A DNA stretch of 64,000 bases from Halocafeteria seosinensis (lineage: Eukaryota): NCBI GenBank assembly GCA_001687465.1, contig LVLI01000005.1:1-64000 (forward strand), given 5' to 3'. Under the pieces are notes generated by a model that did not search any database, was not told the DNA's origin, and saw nothing but the letters and a program-made list of their open reading frames with translations. Positions 11,214-23,480 of this stretch are shown here, piece after piece. The translations under genes were made by a program, and so were the position numbers. The first letter of the stretch is position 1. Every line of letters starts with the position of its first letter.

Positions 11214-11827
11214 GCTGGCTATATTATAGCCCAGTTGGTAAGCCCACGCCAGTATGCCCCACAAAGGCCACTGTTGTTCTACTGTAGAACTTCTGGTTGT
11301 GCCTTTGATTGTTGGACCCTCGATTCCATCCAGCCTCAGTGGGTAAGTTGGCTATGCACGCAGAAGTAGAAATCCCAAGATTACTTTGGTGAGGATCCAT
11401 TACTGTATTGTCTAGAGAACGTGAACAGAGGAATCTCCACGGAACATCGTAGAAAATCTGAAAAACCGACCCGGTCCGACCGTTCCGCAGAGGAGGTTCA
11501 ACAAGGAGGACCGATGCCCAAGACTAAGCGCTCATTAGGTTTGTTGTGCAGTTGTAACAACTGATATCCCGGAGTATCGATATGCGAGTAAGATGCAGGA
11601 GCTATTCCCCTTCTTCGACTTTACAGCCTTGCTACCAGCCCAAAAAAAACAGAAATGGAAACCCAACCAACTGCAAACCCAGTTGAGTTTGACAACAATT
11701 GGGGATAGCGAGAGTCGTCGCGGGAGTGTGCAAGTGTGCCAGTGAACATATCCGTCCATATTGTATATAAATCCCAGAGGCGACGTACGTTTGCTTTTTC
11801 AGCGATGCAGCTCCGGAAGACAAGACA

Positions 11828-12984
11828 TTGGAAGTTATCGCCGTTGCTTGCTTGTTCACATTCTGTGGATGCACATTGCTCGCCGTGACCCCACCTGCAC
11901 AAGCTGGTGGATCCACCCGGACGCCGACAAGAGCACTGTATTATCGGTCCCAGGACTGTCAACATGACATGCCTGATGCTTTTCTGCACTCGTTCTCCAA
12001 CCGCGGTCTTCGGCTCACCGGAGAAGTAACAAAGTGGGAGTACTACATTCCATGCGGCTACAATCACATTCGTCGTGAACAAGAGTAATTCGCACCGAGA
12101 GGAGATGACCAGAAGGTTTTCGTTATCTACGCCGCGGATAACCTCATCCGGAAAGATACGTTGTGGTATCTGCTGAGCAGTGCCGGTGCGCATACAAGCG
12201 TCAGAATATATGCCGAGAGCCTACATCTTGTAACGAAAGCAGGATATGGTGCAACTAAGCAACACCCATCGTCCCCAAACGACGTATATCTTGAAGAAGA
12301 ATATCCAAAGACAGCAAGACCTTTTCATTACCCAAAATCTCTAGAAAGACCCCAGCAAGGAGCGGAGAATACGTCGTTACTCAAGAAGTCTTGTGCCATC
12401 CGTTTACGATCGATAAACACAAAATCAACTTCAGGTTTTATTTAGCAGTCGTATGTCACCATCAAGAAAAAGACGCCTACCTATTCAACGACGGCTTCGT
12501 GTCCTACACTCCGAAGCGATACGAATATGGTACCCAAGGGCATCAGCGGTTGATCACGACAGTATACATGGATCGTCATATTTATAAGAAACATCCTCTT
12601 ACAATTTCGCAATTTATCCAAACGGCTGTTCCAACGAAGAATAGAAGTAGACAGGGGAAAATTACTTACTCTGTCTCCAGTTTGCTTCATGATGTTTTAG
12701 GGGCTATCGAAACGTCTGTTTGTCGACCATCTCTACTCGATTCTGTGACCACTTTTCAAATGTTTGGATGCGACGTAGAATTTGACGAGCAGCTACTACC
12801 TAAATTAATAGAGCTAAACAAAGGGCTAGATTTGAGCTTTAAAGATGATGTAGATCGGCAGCTGAAAGTGGATTTGGTAGACCGTTTGCTTGACGTTGTA
12901 GACGGAAAGCAGCAGCCATCTTCAGGGAGATATTTCTTTTCTATTTGGTCTAACAAAGTTAAAAAAAGTCAATCCTTGAAATAG
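11828..12984 (+). pseudogene. Disrupted TTL-family ligase
   Basis: WEYYIPCGYN, DNLIRKDTLW, MPRAYIL, YILKKNIQRQ, KINFRFYL, FQMFGCDV, LIELNKG; stops at 12086, 12231, 12342 and frameshifts near 12208 and 12348. Confidence 0.8.
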
Positions 12985-15400
12985 GCTGCACTGTCTTCCG
13001 ACCGTGTATCGACCAGCAACCAGCGGTGTATGAGGTACGGGGTTCTTGAAGGGAATGAGTGTTTCAACGTGACAAAATTTGTCCCAACCTATTTGGCCTC
13101 TAGTCTTGGAAGACAATCGTGGTACAACCACCGCCAAAGCAGTGATGCTTAATAACATTGGAATCGACCAATTTCTCTTCTTAGGTATTTTTTCCGAGGC
13201 ATTCACTAGGAAGTTGATAACTCCAGTTTACAGTTACACGGTGTAAAAGCGACCCCTGCAAGTTGCTAACTATCTGCGGAAGGAATTTATCTGATCCTGC
13301 GGATCTAGCTGAATTCAGTTCCTCTTAAGACTGTCCTGGGTATAGATCGCATCCTAGTGGAGTCATCACCTTCCAAAGTCCGGATACCCGTACCTTCAGA
13401 AGGATACGGAAGCAGTTGCGTGCTCTTTTTCTCGAAAGTAGAGAGGCTCGAAGTTCGATTTTTTGCTTTTTTGTGTTGTGGCTCAAGAGACTCTCACCCA
13501 TGACCGAACTACTGCAAAGTTGATTTTCGGTGACATCAAGATAGTCATGCTCTTCTTAGAGCCGAAGGATGTGGTGGGACGTGAATCACGTGATTGGTGT
13601 ACATCGTGTTGTTCTTTGGTCGACCTTTGGCTTATATAACAAATGTACCCTGCAATCGTGTGGTTAGTGTGGTGTAGAAAACAAAATACTAAAAATACAG
13701 TAACGACAATGTAGTAGTATATCGTGTCTAACAAATTAGACATAGATGCTAGGAGTAAGCCTTTTCACTTGTTTCTAGCCATTTGATTTTCATGATTCTG
13801 TACTACTAGAGCCTCGTACACACACATGTGCGGGACTCACTGAGTTCTGTAACCGGGCGGACCAACTTGCGGCTCCTACTATTCCCGGAAATATAGTACG
13901 TATTTAGTGGTAGTAGTAATGTGTAGTATGGCCTATTGGCTAAAGGGAACTAGTTAGGGGATGTCCACGCCGAAGAAGACTCGGCATGCAAGCTATGAAA
14001 CTTGCTCCCTACGGTAGCTGTGCTCTGAACTTGTTGAAGTTGTTCACACGCCTCCGAACAGTCCTACTGTATACAACAGTTTAGCTGCTGCAACTGTCTT
14101 TATAAATCCATAAAATCACTTTTTTGCAGATTTACTGAATGAAAAAATTTTATTGCGTTACTGAGTAGTGCGAATTGACCCACGGGGATCACTACATAAA
14201 GTTAACATGAGGCGCTGCCGTTAACACTGATCACAACTGAAGCATCTGTTGATGGAACTGCGTGTACAACTGTTGGAAAAATAATACTGTCATCTTTATG
14301 AGTCATGAACCAGGTTACACTTAGTACACCCGCTGCTGGTGCTCCTCGAAAGGGAAGCTCAAACGTCCCTAGCGTGGCGAGCACAGACAGGTATGTAAAT
14401 TAGTAGCTCTACAGAGTAATAACTTCCTAGTCTACGCCCTTCAATTTCTATGAGCCCAGCGGAAGGGAAAAGAAATACTTCATCCTAAAGGAAGGTAAGC
14501 TGTTTTGGGTGGTATGGAAGTGTAGAAGTTATATGAGGTACGTTGGTTCAGGTTGGTTGTTGAAGAAAGCTGATAAGGGGATACCAGGATTGCGTCGGTG
14601 GCATCAGCGGTACTGTGTTCTATATTTGTAAGTGCTAACGAGGCTGCGCATCAATGCTAACTTTTTCTTTAAAACTTCTTCGCATTGCCTTGTTTCGGCA
14701 GATACACAGCAGAACTCCGGCTATACGGAGACATGCAAGCATCAAATTTTGGGAATTTGTTCCTTGATGAGAGGCAGAGTTTGCCGATAGAACAAATCGT
14801 TGCTCTACAGGTGTCCAGCAATACGAAATACGAAGGAAAGCGTTTGGACATAAACACATCTTGTGCTCCCATTAAATACCCGAGGCTTGCGAGCATAAAC
14901 GAGCAACAAGGGGTGTCGTCCCAGAACTACAAGAGGGACTACTATTTCAGAGCGCCAACTGCACAGGTAAGAGCAATACTGGAGTATATAGTTATAGATA
15001 CTCACAGTGTTAAGCAACACCGTGTTCACAGGAAGCCGACGAGTGGTATCAAGCCATTATGCAGGCTCGGCAATACGTGTCCGAATTGCTTGATGCGGAC
15101 GAAAACTCAGAAGTATCAGCAAGCTAACCCAACCACATTCAAAATTAGATGGAATTTAATTGCATGATGTTCTAAATCGAGTGGAAATCCGAAGCAAAGT
15201 TGCTTTTGAGTTCTTCTTGTGTATGTTCTACTGAAGTGTTAAAGTTAGTATGTGAAGGTTCAAACTACAGACGATATCTCCAGCTGCCACTGAGACTCAT
15301 AGCATGCGATGCCGGTTTGGTACGAAGACAACAATCTACAACGGTACAATGTATTGTCTGCTTTTCCTTACGACTACTTTGTTGCATCGTTCACGACAAA

Positions 15401-16199
15401 ATGAGTGATCCATATAACGTGAGCACACGTCATTGGTCATCAGATACTTGTACTTCAGTTTCAATTGGAGCTGTATCTGCAGAGAGACCGCTTTTCCGGA
15501 TTTTCGCTATGGATTCAACCACCCGAAGATGTTTCCCAGAATGTATTCGAACCGTTGATTGAACTCTATGCTAAGAAATACGATGGGGAAACGTTTGAAC
15601 CACACATTACCCTCTTGGCACCAATCGAGGTTCGTTCTGAATTCCTTGAAGGAAATACCCACTTCATGGAACTGGATTTCTTGCTGCAGCATCTTTCTGA
15701 AGAGGAAATAGTATCAAGACTGGAGAAACTCAAATCGATACCAAAGTTTGACGTGAGCATTGCTAGAGCTTCGTACTCAGACAAGTACTTCCAGTGTGTC
15801 TTCGCTCTCTGTTCCAAGAGCCCTGAGTTGCTTCAGACTCATGAAACTGCGAAGGAGGTCATGTTTAAGGAAAACATGGAGTCATCGCCTTCTTCGTACA
15901 TGCCCCATCTTAGTATTGGTGCGTGGATCGTGATTATCGACTGTCTGTTTCTCAGCATATTCTTGTACCACTTTGCGGTGCAGTCTACGGGAACCTAACA
16001 ACGGAGCAGCGGGAACAGGTTTGTCAGGAAATTGAAAGCACAGTAAAAGACGTTACGTTCCAAATCTCCTCAATTTCATTATGGAATACTCGTACGTAAA
16101 ATGCGTTCATCAAGGTTAGGTATGTTTGATTGGAAGGAACGCACTGCAGGAGGTAAACCGAGCGAGTGGACGAGAGTGACGGAAGTTGCCCTATCATGA
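15401..16199 (+). CDS. 2H phosphoesterase / cyclic phosphodiesterase (CPDase-like), 5 exons
   Basis: FSLWIQPP, FEPHITL, YFQCVF, YMPHLSI-VYG; four GT-AG introns reconstruct the frame. Confidence 0.9.
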
Positions 16200-16319
16200 A
16201 TGCACCATCCCTTGTGAACTAAGCGATTCCAGAGGTCCGTTAAGCAGTCGTGTCCGTTTATCTGTGCTAGCTCTATAAGGATGCTACGGATATGTTGGAG
16301 ACGCTACGTAGCCTATTAT

Positions 16320-17298
16320 TTATGCCTTTCGTGATTGTGAATCCCTTTGGGCCTTTAGCTGTTCATATCGCTCTTTTTGGTCCCAGTAAACAATCCAAAC
16401 GCAGTTGTTGCATCCCATTCCGCAGCATTCCTCTGGACTGGGTTCTCGCGGTGGGTTCTCTGTAAGAAGATATAACGTTGCGTGACCACCGATGAAAACT
16501 GGTTGAGAGCAGAAACCTACCGAGTGTTATGCCACGAGCGTTGTCCGATATAGCTTCCCCATTTCCATTTTCTTTACCACGAGACAGCTTCCTTTCTAAT
16601 TCCGCAAACGCCTGCTTGCGTTCGAGAAAGAGATTAACCATTCGACTGCGTACGGCAATCAATAAGCCAACTTACCTCCATCCCCGCTTCCATCGGGTCC
16701 TGTTTTTTCTTCGTGTCACGTTGAATCTTCTCTTTTTCAGCGTTTTCGCTCTTATTCAGTTTCCTCTCTAACTCTATGAATTCCTGTAAACAAGGGGAAG
16801 AGACTCGAATTTCTGCCAAGTGCATCGCGGACCGACTCGCCCAAGGAACATACCGTCATTCCAGCTTGAAGAGGATCCGCCGTTCTATCTTTTTGTGCCC
16901 CATTTGCTGCATCTGAGGTGCTCCTACGACTGCCTTGATCAGCCGCTTTGTTCTGCGGTAAAGTAAATGCATGCGAAATTAGGCACTCTACACATTGTCT
17001 GCTGCTGTCTTACATGAGCTGTGTCTTGAAACTCTGTAGTAGAGTTCGAAGTGCCAGAAGCAGATGCTTTTCTTCGCTTCCTTCCTAGCTGCGAACGTTT
17101 GGATAAATTCAATCTGGAACTTTTCTCCTTTTCATATACTGCGAACCGTTCTGCATATCCCTTCGTAGATATCGATCGGAACGTTGGAGGACACGCGCCC
17201 GCAAGTGCCGGCGACCTGTTGCCCGTAAGAACGGTGTGTATCTCAGTTCTGCGAAATCGCGGTGTACATTGCCTCCACACTTTATTCAATGCTTTCAT
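16320..17298 (-). CDS. Mitochondrial oxidoreductase-like domain protein (OXLD1-like), 5 exons
   Basis: Last exon (not in ORF track) reads [26 protein letters not shown]; Arg-rich targeting-like N-terminus; DPxxAGMxxFxELERKL motif twice. Confidence 0.8.
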
Positions 17299-17711
17299 AT
17301 CCTTAAAATGACGCTAGTCCATCGCTGAAAGAGATTTATGACACAATCGCCCATTCTCAATGTTGACCAGCTTCACGAGGCAAAACTCTTGTTATGGGCA
17401 AAATTATATAGCCAATGAGACAAATTTCTCCTACCGCGTTTTTCCGATGAACTACTGATGCTCGCTGTCACATTAAACGCTGCGTATTAGACTATTATAA
17501 GCCATTATGAGCCACGCTTTACTATTCTGTTCCATGCTGTTCCAAGTTGCTTCCAACTTCAACTTCGCACACGAATCCGGGCCCTCAGCCCGGGCCTTGT
17601 TGGCAAACTTTTTCGAGTTGAATCATTAATGATTCCTATTGGTCATTGTTACCCTCATGGCTCCAGAAGGGTAATTTTGAGTTCGTTTAAAATAGTCTTT
17701 TCCGTTTCGCA

Positions 17712-20700
17712 ATGGAAACGGAGCAGGGAAAGGAGGTTATGGAGGAAGGAAAGGGGGACGAGAAATGGGAGGAAGGCTTTGCAAATGCACCAGACGACGC
17801 CAGTTCGAGTGAATCGGAGAGTGATGCATGGTCTGACGAGGTGGAAGAGCAAGATGACGAGCTTTCAAAATGGGGATTCCATTTTGTGGGAAACAACCCA
17901 GAGACACAGAAGCAAGAAACAGCGTGGAAGAAACTACAACGCAATGCTGGGTTTGTCCAGTCCATAGCAGATCAACAAGCTCGGGAATATCCCTCATCTT
18001 TGTCAACCACCTGTGTCACACTATGGGAGGAAAAAATTCGTTGGGAAGGTGCTGCGCTTCGCGCAGGTAGCAAACAGAGAAGCGGTAAAGGACAGACTGA
18101 ATCGCTGGAGAGCGCTAGTCGAAATGTATTGTCGGAGAGGTACATTTCTCAGGGGAATGCAAAGTCATTTTATAAGTCTCCTGATCTGTCAGTTGGCCAA
18201 TTAGATTTACCGATTCTCTGGAGTGGCAAAGCGCGCTCTGTGGGACAAGCTGGCCATGGCAGCCATGTTGATGGGTTTGGGAAAGCGATGACTTCACTAG
18301 GGTACGATCTATTCAAACTATCGTCCGAAGAACTTCAGGAGGAACTTAGGTCAGCTATCGATGTGATCAGGCAAATAGCTTCCACAGAAGTACCACACGA
18401 AGCTTCTGACAACCATGAGGACTTGTCGCATTCGTTGCGCTGGCTTGCGGCGACTTGGAACCATCAACTTCCTAGTCTGCTCCGAAACTTGGACTCTGAA
18501 GAAGTAACCAACAAGTTGCTGTATTCCAATGTTGTGAACAATCCCGGATACGCTATTCTTTCTGCTCTTAGTGTGAAACAAATGTGGAAACAATACTCTC
18601 TGAAAGATCCTAGTATGGGAGGTGGACCACAATTCGCTCCACGACCTAGGCTAAACGAATTTCTGCGAGCAACCTTACGGGGATACAGACCTGCCTCTTA
18701 CATTAGTACTGCTCGTCGCCATGCATATGGACTACATCATCGACCAATTGCCGTTGGTGATCCCTCCTATGGGCATTCGGGCTACCGACAACTAGAGAGT
18801 CACCGGAGTCGCTTTACTATCTCTCATGCTAGCCCTGCCCAACATCTGGACCCTGCCTTGTATCCACCCGATGTGACAAGTTCGGAACATGCAGCTGACA
18901 TTTTTAAGAGCCCCACTTTTGCTGTTTTGGATTCTTTAGACTTCCATGAAATTGTTGGTGTCCACGTGCGCGTAGAGGGGAGTAACGGTTCCGGGGCGGT
19001 AGGAATAGAGGATGGAGACTCGGACAGCGACGAAGAGATGGATGAGACCAATGTAGAAGAGAGTCGGAGCCGCCGTAAGTCTCAGAAAGAATTTCTCCGC
19101 ATGCTTCGTCGAGAGGGTCCTGAAGCTGGACTGCCCTCAGACCCACTACTATTAAGAAGTTCTTCCGAGAGTACCGCAACCACTCCAGGGACTTCCCCTG
19201 AGCCTTCTGCTTTGAGACAAAGAGTGGCTTTAGGAAACTTTGACACTGTCGAAGAACTTTCTTCAGTTAGTGGAGACCTCGTTTTCGTTGAGTATTCCGA
19301 AGAAAGTCCGCCGACGCTCCCATTGCCTGGCATGTCATCCCGAATTGTTACCTATTGGAGACCTAAGGGAGATACCCGCCAGTTTATCAAGGATCGCCGG
19401 AAAAAAGGAGAACCGGAAATATTCGATGATGACTTGGTGGAATATGAGGAGCGAAGTTTATTCTATGAAAGAGGTGCAGGGTTGACTGTCCGTTTCAAAG
19501 ACAGTGATAGTGTGCCTTTGGAGGATCTGAAAACGTGTACTAAGGGTGTCGGGGCGACTGTGCCGGTGGAGCACCGACCTCCACCTTTGTTTGAAGGACA
19601 GTTATGCCCGTTAGAGCTACCTCGTGACAAACCACCTGTGTTGGGAGACTTGGATGATGGTGGTTCAATCACAGTGCTCGAAAACAGCCTTGGCCGTGCG
19701 CCAATCTTTCGTCACTCTGCTTCTCCCACAGATTTCCTATTGACTCTCAAACCCGACATGGACGTCTCGAGAAGTGAACCGACAACGACAGAAAATGCGA
19801 ATAACGATAGATCGACGCCGAAGTATACGGGGATTTTGCAACGCATCCCGAACGGGTCTATTTGGCTTGCGGGGCAGATCGAACCGTTGCATACTGTGTG
19901 GGCTCCTCTGACGAAACCGGTGGAGGATTTTATGACGGATTACTACTGCTTGCACCTCCGACGAATGTTCGACGATCTAAAGAATGTAGAATTCATTGGA
20001 AACGACGCTGTTGTATCTCGCAGTTTTGTCCGCCGGAAGTTCCGCGGTTCCCTGATTTTGGTCTTAGAAGCGCTAGCTTCAAAAATCGCCCATAAAAAGA
20101 AGAACAAGGGATACCTTACTCTATGTCGAGATGCTCCAACAGAAGGTGATTTACTCCGAAGCTCTCAATTAACACCGGAAAACGTAGCTTTAATGTTCGG
20201 CATGCGCCAAGGTGAATGGAGGTTACGTCGATGGGGCCTGGAACAAGCGAATTCTACGGATGGCCTAGATAGTGGTTTACGGCAGATGAGACAGTTGAGG
20301 AAGAAGGTCAATAAGTGGAAGGGTGGGTTGGCAGTTGATGACGAAGATGCCGATGGTTTAGAGGAGGGTCTCAAAGCTAATACCCAGCAGAAGAAAAAAG
20401 GGAAACCAGGTCGAAAAAGTGCTTCGACTCTAGTGGATGACAATGAACTTGCCTCGGGAGTGTTACACAGAGATTTTCCTCAACTTATTAGCTGTACTAA
20501 TAAGATTATCAATCTGTTAAGGACTACCCCGTGGTTTCTTACCAACGAATATGTAGATATTCAATTTCTGGGGAAGTCCGGGTTTTTGTCACTCTCTGGG
20601 CCACGTGGTTCTGGACTGGGGGATCCGTCTGGAAGAGGGGATGCATTCAGCTATCTTCGTGAGACGGCATCCAAGAAACATGTTGTTGAGGATGAACAAA

Positions 20701-22709
20701 CCAACAAAGTAAAGCGTGAAGGAACTGACGGTGATCATCGACGGTTGACCCTGGACCAGCTAAAGGACGAGCTTCTCCGCGAGAACGTTCCTGAGGAGGA
20801 AATCGTAGGTCTGCATCGATGGGGAAGGCTGAGAAAGCTGAAGAGGATCAAGGAAGCCCGAGCTGTACATGATGTGGAAGATGAAAGTGCCCGTAAATAC
20901 GTCGATGCACCCAAATCTTCGCAAGAAGATCGACGAAATCAGAAGGATCTTCAAGCAAAAGCGATCCAGCAGCGACAGTGCACGGTTCTTAGTGATCCCC
21001 ATGGGCCAGACAGCTCAGACTCCGATATAGACTCTTCTGATAGTGAGGATGAAGAAGAGGAAGAAGAGAAAAACAACGAGAGCAGTGTTTCACGATACTC
21101 CAAGAGTCATTCCCAAAGCAATCCTCTGCCTAAAGAACTTCATCCGTCTCTTGAAAGATTACCGAAATCCATTCTCCGTCCTCCAGTGGAAGTACACTGT
21201 TCAGAACCGGGTTCATCGATTCCTAGTAAGAGTACCCGCGCTACCGGCAATTTCGTGTGTCAGAAAGATCCCTACAAAGATATTCTACACTTAAAAAACG
21301 ACGATCTGGCAGACTATCTTTTGTCAGGCGGCCATCCTGGTCAGTGGTGTGTTCGTTTGGTCAATCGGGAATTGGATACATCGGGGAATGAGATCACGAC
21401 ACTGACCTATTCCCGAGACTACTTCGTGGTTCGAACGGCATGGTTACAAGAAAAACTGGGAATCAATTTAATGCTTCTTGGCCACAGGCAGTCAACGGCG
21501 CGGAAGACATTGTCTGAACGTGCTGCAATTGACTATCAGAAGATGCAAACCCACAAGATCTTGACGAATTTTTATCATGCGATGTTTACTAATCCTGAGA
21601 CCGGTCGACGTGAGAGCTTGTGCAAGTATTTGGGATTTGTTTTAACGGAAGATGTGGTAAGATCTCTTAGAAGAGTATATGGGAGAAATTTTCTTCCTCC
21701 TGACGATACCTCAGTAACAGTGATGGGAGAAAAGGCGCAAGTGTGTGCGGAGTGTCGGTTATGGGGTCATCGGAAGACATGTCGGCTATGCCCGTGCAAC
21801 AAAGCTAGAGAATCTGCATCAGTGAACCGTGCTATCCAGGAGGGTCGGACCACTGGGCAAGGAGCTGGTACTGTACGCCGACCCGGACGACATGATGCTC
21901 CCCATGTTCAATTGCTGAGTACAAGTAGGAAGAGAGCACGTGATGGAGAGGAGAGCGAGGATTCAAGTGATGATTTTAGTGATGGATCCGAGGATTTATT
22001 AGAGGCTGAAAAGGGTGGAAGAGAGAGAAAACGCGCTCGAACAGCGCAAACGTTTGAGAAATATCACAATATTTTCACGGCTCGTACTCCTCTTCGATCG
22101 CTTCGAGTGCATTTGGAAAATGCTGTGTCCGACTTGATTCACAAGGACTACACGGCTACTGGGGGAATGCTTTCCCGCCCTGAGATTTTGGGCGCAAGTT
22201 CGCTTCCCTATAATCACTATATCGCTCGCCCTATCTCCTTGTCGGCTATTCGTAAGTATATTGTCTTAAGTGACAATCCTGACCCCAACGAAGTTCTGAG
22301 TAACTTGAAACTTTTGGAACACAATGAGCACCTTTACGCTGACCAAGTAACAGATCAGAGGCATAGAGATGCTAGACAATTTCGTGAACGTCATAAGGTC
22401 TCAAAGACCTTGCGTGACCATTTTAGTCGGTGGTTTCAAGGACAGAAGCGAGTACTGTTGGAAGAATTCAAGTCTGGCGTTACTCGAAGGGGCATCGACA
22501 CGACAGTGCCAACGAAAGCACCTGAAGCTGAATCCCCTGAGGAAGCATTGGACTCGGGTGGGTATCAGGAAGAGACCACGTACGATGAGGCAGCGGCAGC
22601 AGCTGCTGCTGCATCGAACCAAGTGCCAAGTGAACAGAATGGTGCTGCTGCTGATGAGTCGGATAGCGACGATGATAACATGGTTGTAGTGGCTGGCGGT
22701 GACGTATGA
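17712..22709 (+). CDS. TAF1: TFIID subunit 1-like (DUF3591 core, zinc knuckle, divergent bromodomain), intronless
   Basis: VEYSEESPP..PGMSSRI, APIFRH..TDFLL, GQIEP, TPW, GLGDPSGRGDAFSY, GTDGDHRRL, CAECRLWGHRKTCRLCP, YIARPISLSAIR. Confidence 0.88.
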   Translation: METEQGKEVMEEGKGDEKWEEGFANAPDDASSSESESDAWSDEVEEQDDELSKWGFHFVGNNPETQKQETAWKKLQRNAGFVQSIADQQAREYPSSLSTTCVTLWEEKIRWEGAALRAGSKQRSGKGQTESLESASRNVLSERYISQGNAKSFYKSPDLSVGQLDLPILWSGKARSVGQAGHGSHVDGFGKAMTSLGYDLFKLSSEELQEELRSAIDVIRQIASTEVPHEASDNHEDLSHSLRWLAATWNHQLPSLLRNLDSEEVTNKLLYSNVVNNPGYAILSALSVKQMWKQYSLKDPSMGGGPQFAPRPRLNEFLRATLRGYRPASYISTARRHAYGLHHRPIAVGDPSYGHSGYRQLESHRSRFTISHASPAQHLDPALYPPDVTSSEHAADIFKSPTFAVLDSLDFHEIVGVHVRVEGSNGSGAVGIEDGDSDSDEEMDETNVEESRSRRKSQKEFLRMLRREGPEAGLPSDPLLLRSSSESTATTPGTSPEPSALRQRVALGNFDTVEELSSVSGDLVFVEYSEESPPTLPLPGMSSRIVTYWRPKGDTRQFIKDRRKKGEPEIFDDDLVEYEERSLFYERGAGLTVRFKDSDSVPLEDLKTCTKGVGATVPVEHRPPPLFEGQLCPLELPRDKPPVLGDLDDGGSITVLENSLGRAPIFRHSASPTDFLLTLKPDMDVSRSEPTTTENANNDRSTPKYTGILQRIPNGSIWLAGQIEPLHTVWAPLTKPVEDFMTDYYCLHLRRMFDDLKNVEFIGNDAVVSRSFVRRKFRGSLILVLEALASKIAHKKKNKGYLTLCRDAPTEGDLLRSSQLTPENVALMFGMRQGEWRLRRWGLEQANSTDGLDSGLRQMRQLRKKVNKWKGGLAVDDEDADGLEEGLKANTQQKKKGKPGRKSASTLVDDNELASGVLHRDFPQLISCTNKIINLLRTTPWFLTNEYVDIQFLGKSGFLSLSGPRGSGLGDPSGRGDAFSYLRETASKKHVVEDEQTNKVKREGTDGDHRRLTLDQLKDELLRENVPEEEIVGLHRWGRLRKLKRIKEARAVHDVEDESARKYVDAPKSSQEDRRNQKDLQAKAIQQRQCTVLSDPHGPDSSDSDIDSSDSEDEEEEEEKNNESSVSRYSKSHSQSNPLPKELHPSLERLPKSILRPPVEVHCSEPGSSIPSKSTRATGNFVCQKDPYKDILHLKNDDLADYLLSGGHPGQWCVRLVNRELDTSGNEITTLTYSRDYFVVRTAWLQEKLGINLMLLGHRQSTARKTLSERAAIDYQKMQTHKILTNFYHAMFTNPETGRRESLCKYLGFVLTEDVVRSLRRVYGRNFLPPDDTSVTVMGEKAQVCAECRLWGHRKTCRLCPCNKARESASVNRAIQEGRTTGQGAGTVRRPGRHDAPHVQLLSTSRKRARDGEESEDSSDDFSDGSEDLLEAEKGGRERKRARTAQTFEKYHNIFTARTPLRSLRVHLENAVSDLIHKDYTATGGMLSRPEILGASSLPYNHYIARPISLSAIRKYIVLSDNPDPNEVLSNLKLLEHNEHLYADQVTDQRHRDARQFRERHKVSKTLRDHFSRWFQGQKRVLLEEFKSGVTRRGIDTTVPTKAPEAESPEEALDSGGYQEETTYDEAAAAAAAASNQVPSEQNGAAADESDSDDDNMVVVAGGDV

Positions 22710-23480
22710 TCAGTTCCGTATCAATCTTATTGGCGCATACCACGACTTACGTGGTCCCACGATCGGGATTACAATTTGAAACACGTAGGCCTCAGTAGTG
22801 CCTTAGTCGCGGTCATTTTGGCTATCAGTACACGGCCTCGAATACTTGTCGCTGTACCAGTTTCCACACCGTCCGCCAACCGATGATATAAATTTTCGAC
22901 TGAGCTTGGGAAGATCCAGCAATACACGGTGACTGTGGTTGGTTGGAGTATTGCTCGTTGTACCCGCTTGTTGTACCAGTATCAGTTGTCTAGCTTGGTT
23001 TTCAGTGTGCATATAGTGTTCGGAAATACAACCATTGTAGGTGTGCACGAGGTAAATCACTACTGGTAGTCCATCCATGTGGTACCATTGAACTACGTCC
23101 ACAATCGCAAACCCCAATGCGGGACAGAGAATCTTAAAACCAAATTACTTGTTGGCATTGTCGACACGACCGTCATGACATCGGTCCGTCGTCGGATTGT
23201 TATGCATTGGAAGGCTCTTCGGAATCCAGAATAGCAGGTAGATTGAATTCCTTGACGGCNTACGATATTGGAAAGAGAGTCTCCGACGCAGCTGCACCAT
23301 TAACTGCGATGGAGCGAAAACATGACCCCAGGACAAATGAATCAGGACGACAGTCGCTCCGATTCATCGGACCATTCCTTGTCGTCCAGCAGTACAGACG
23401 AGGATTCCAGTGAATCTGAAAGCGCTGACTTCCTTCGCGAAGCCGCCGCGGGGTTCCAGATCATCGATCAGAAGGCGTCA

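Noticed and set aside
11828..12984. Stop-codon reassignment (TAA/TAG read as Gln) suggested by in-frame stops
   Set aside because: Frameshifts co-occur, and conserved genes here end normally at TAA, TAG and TGA
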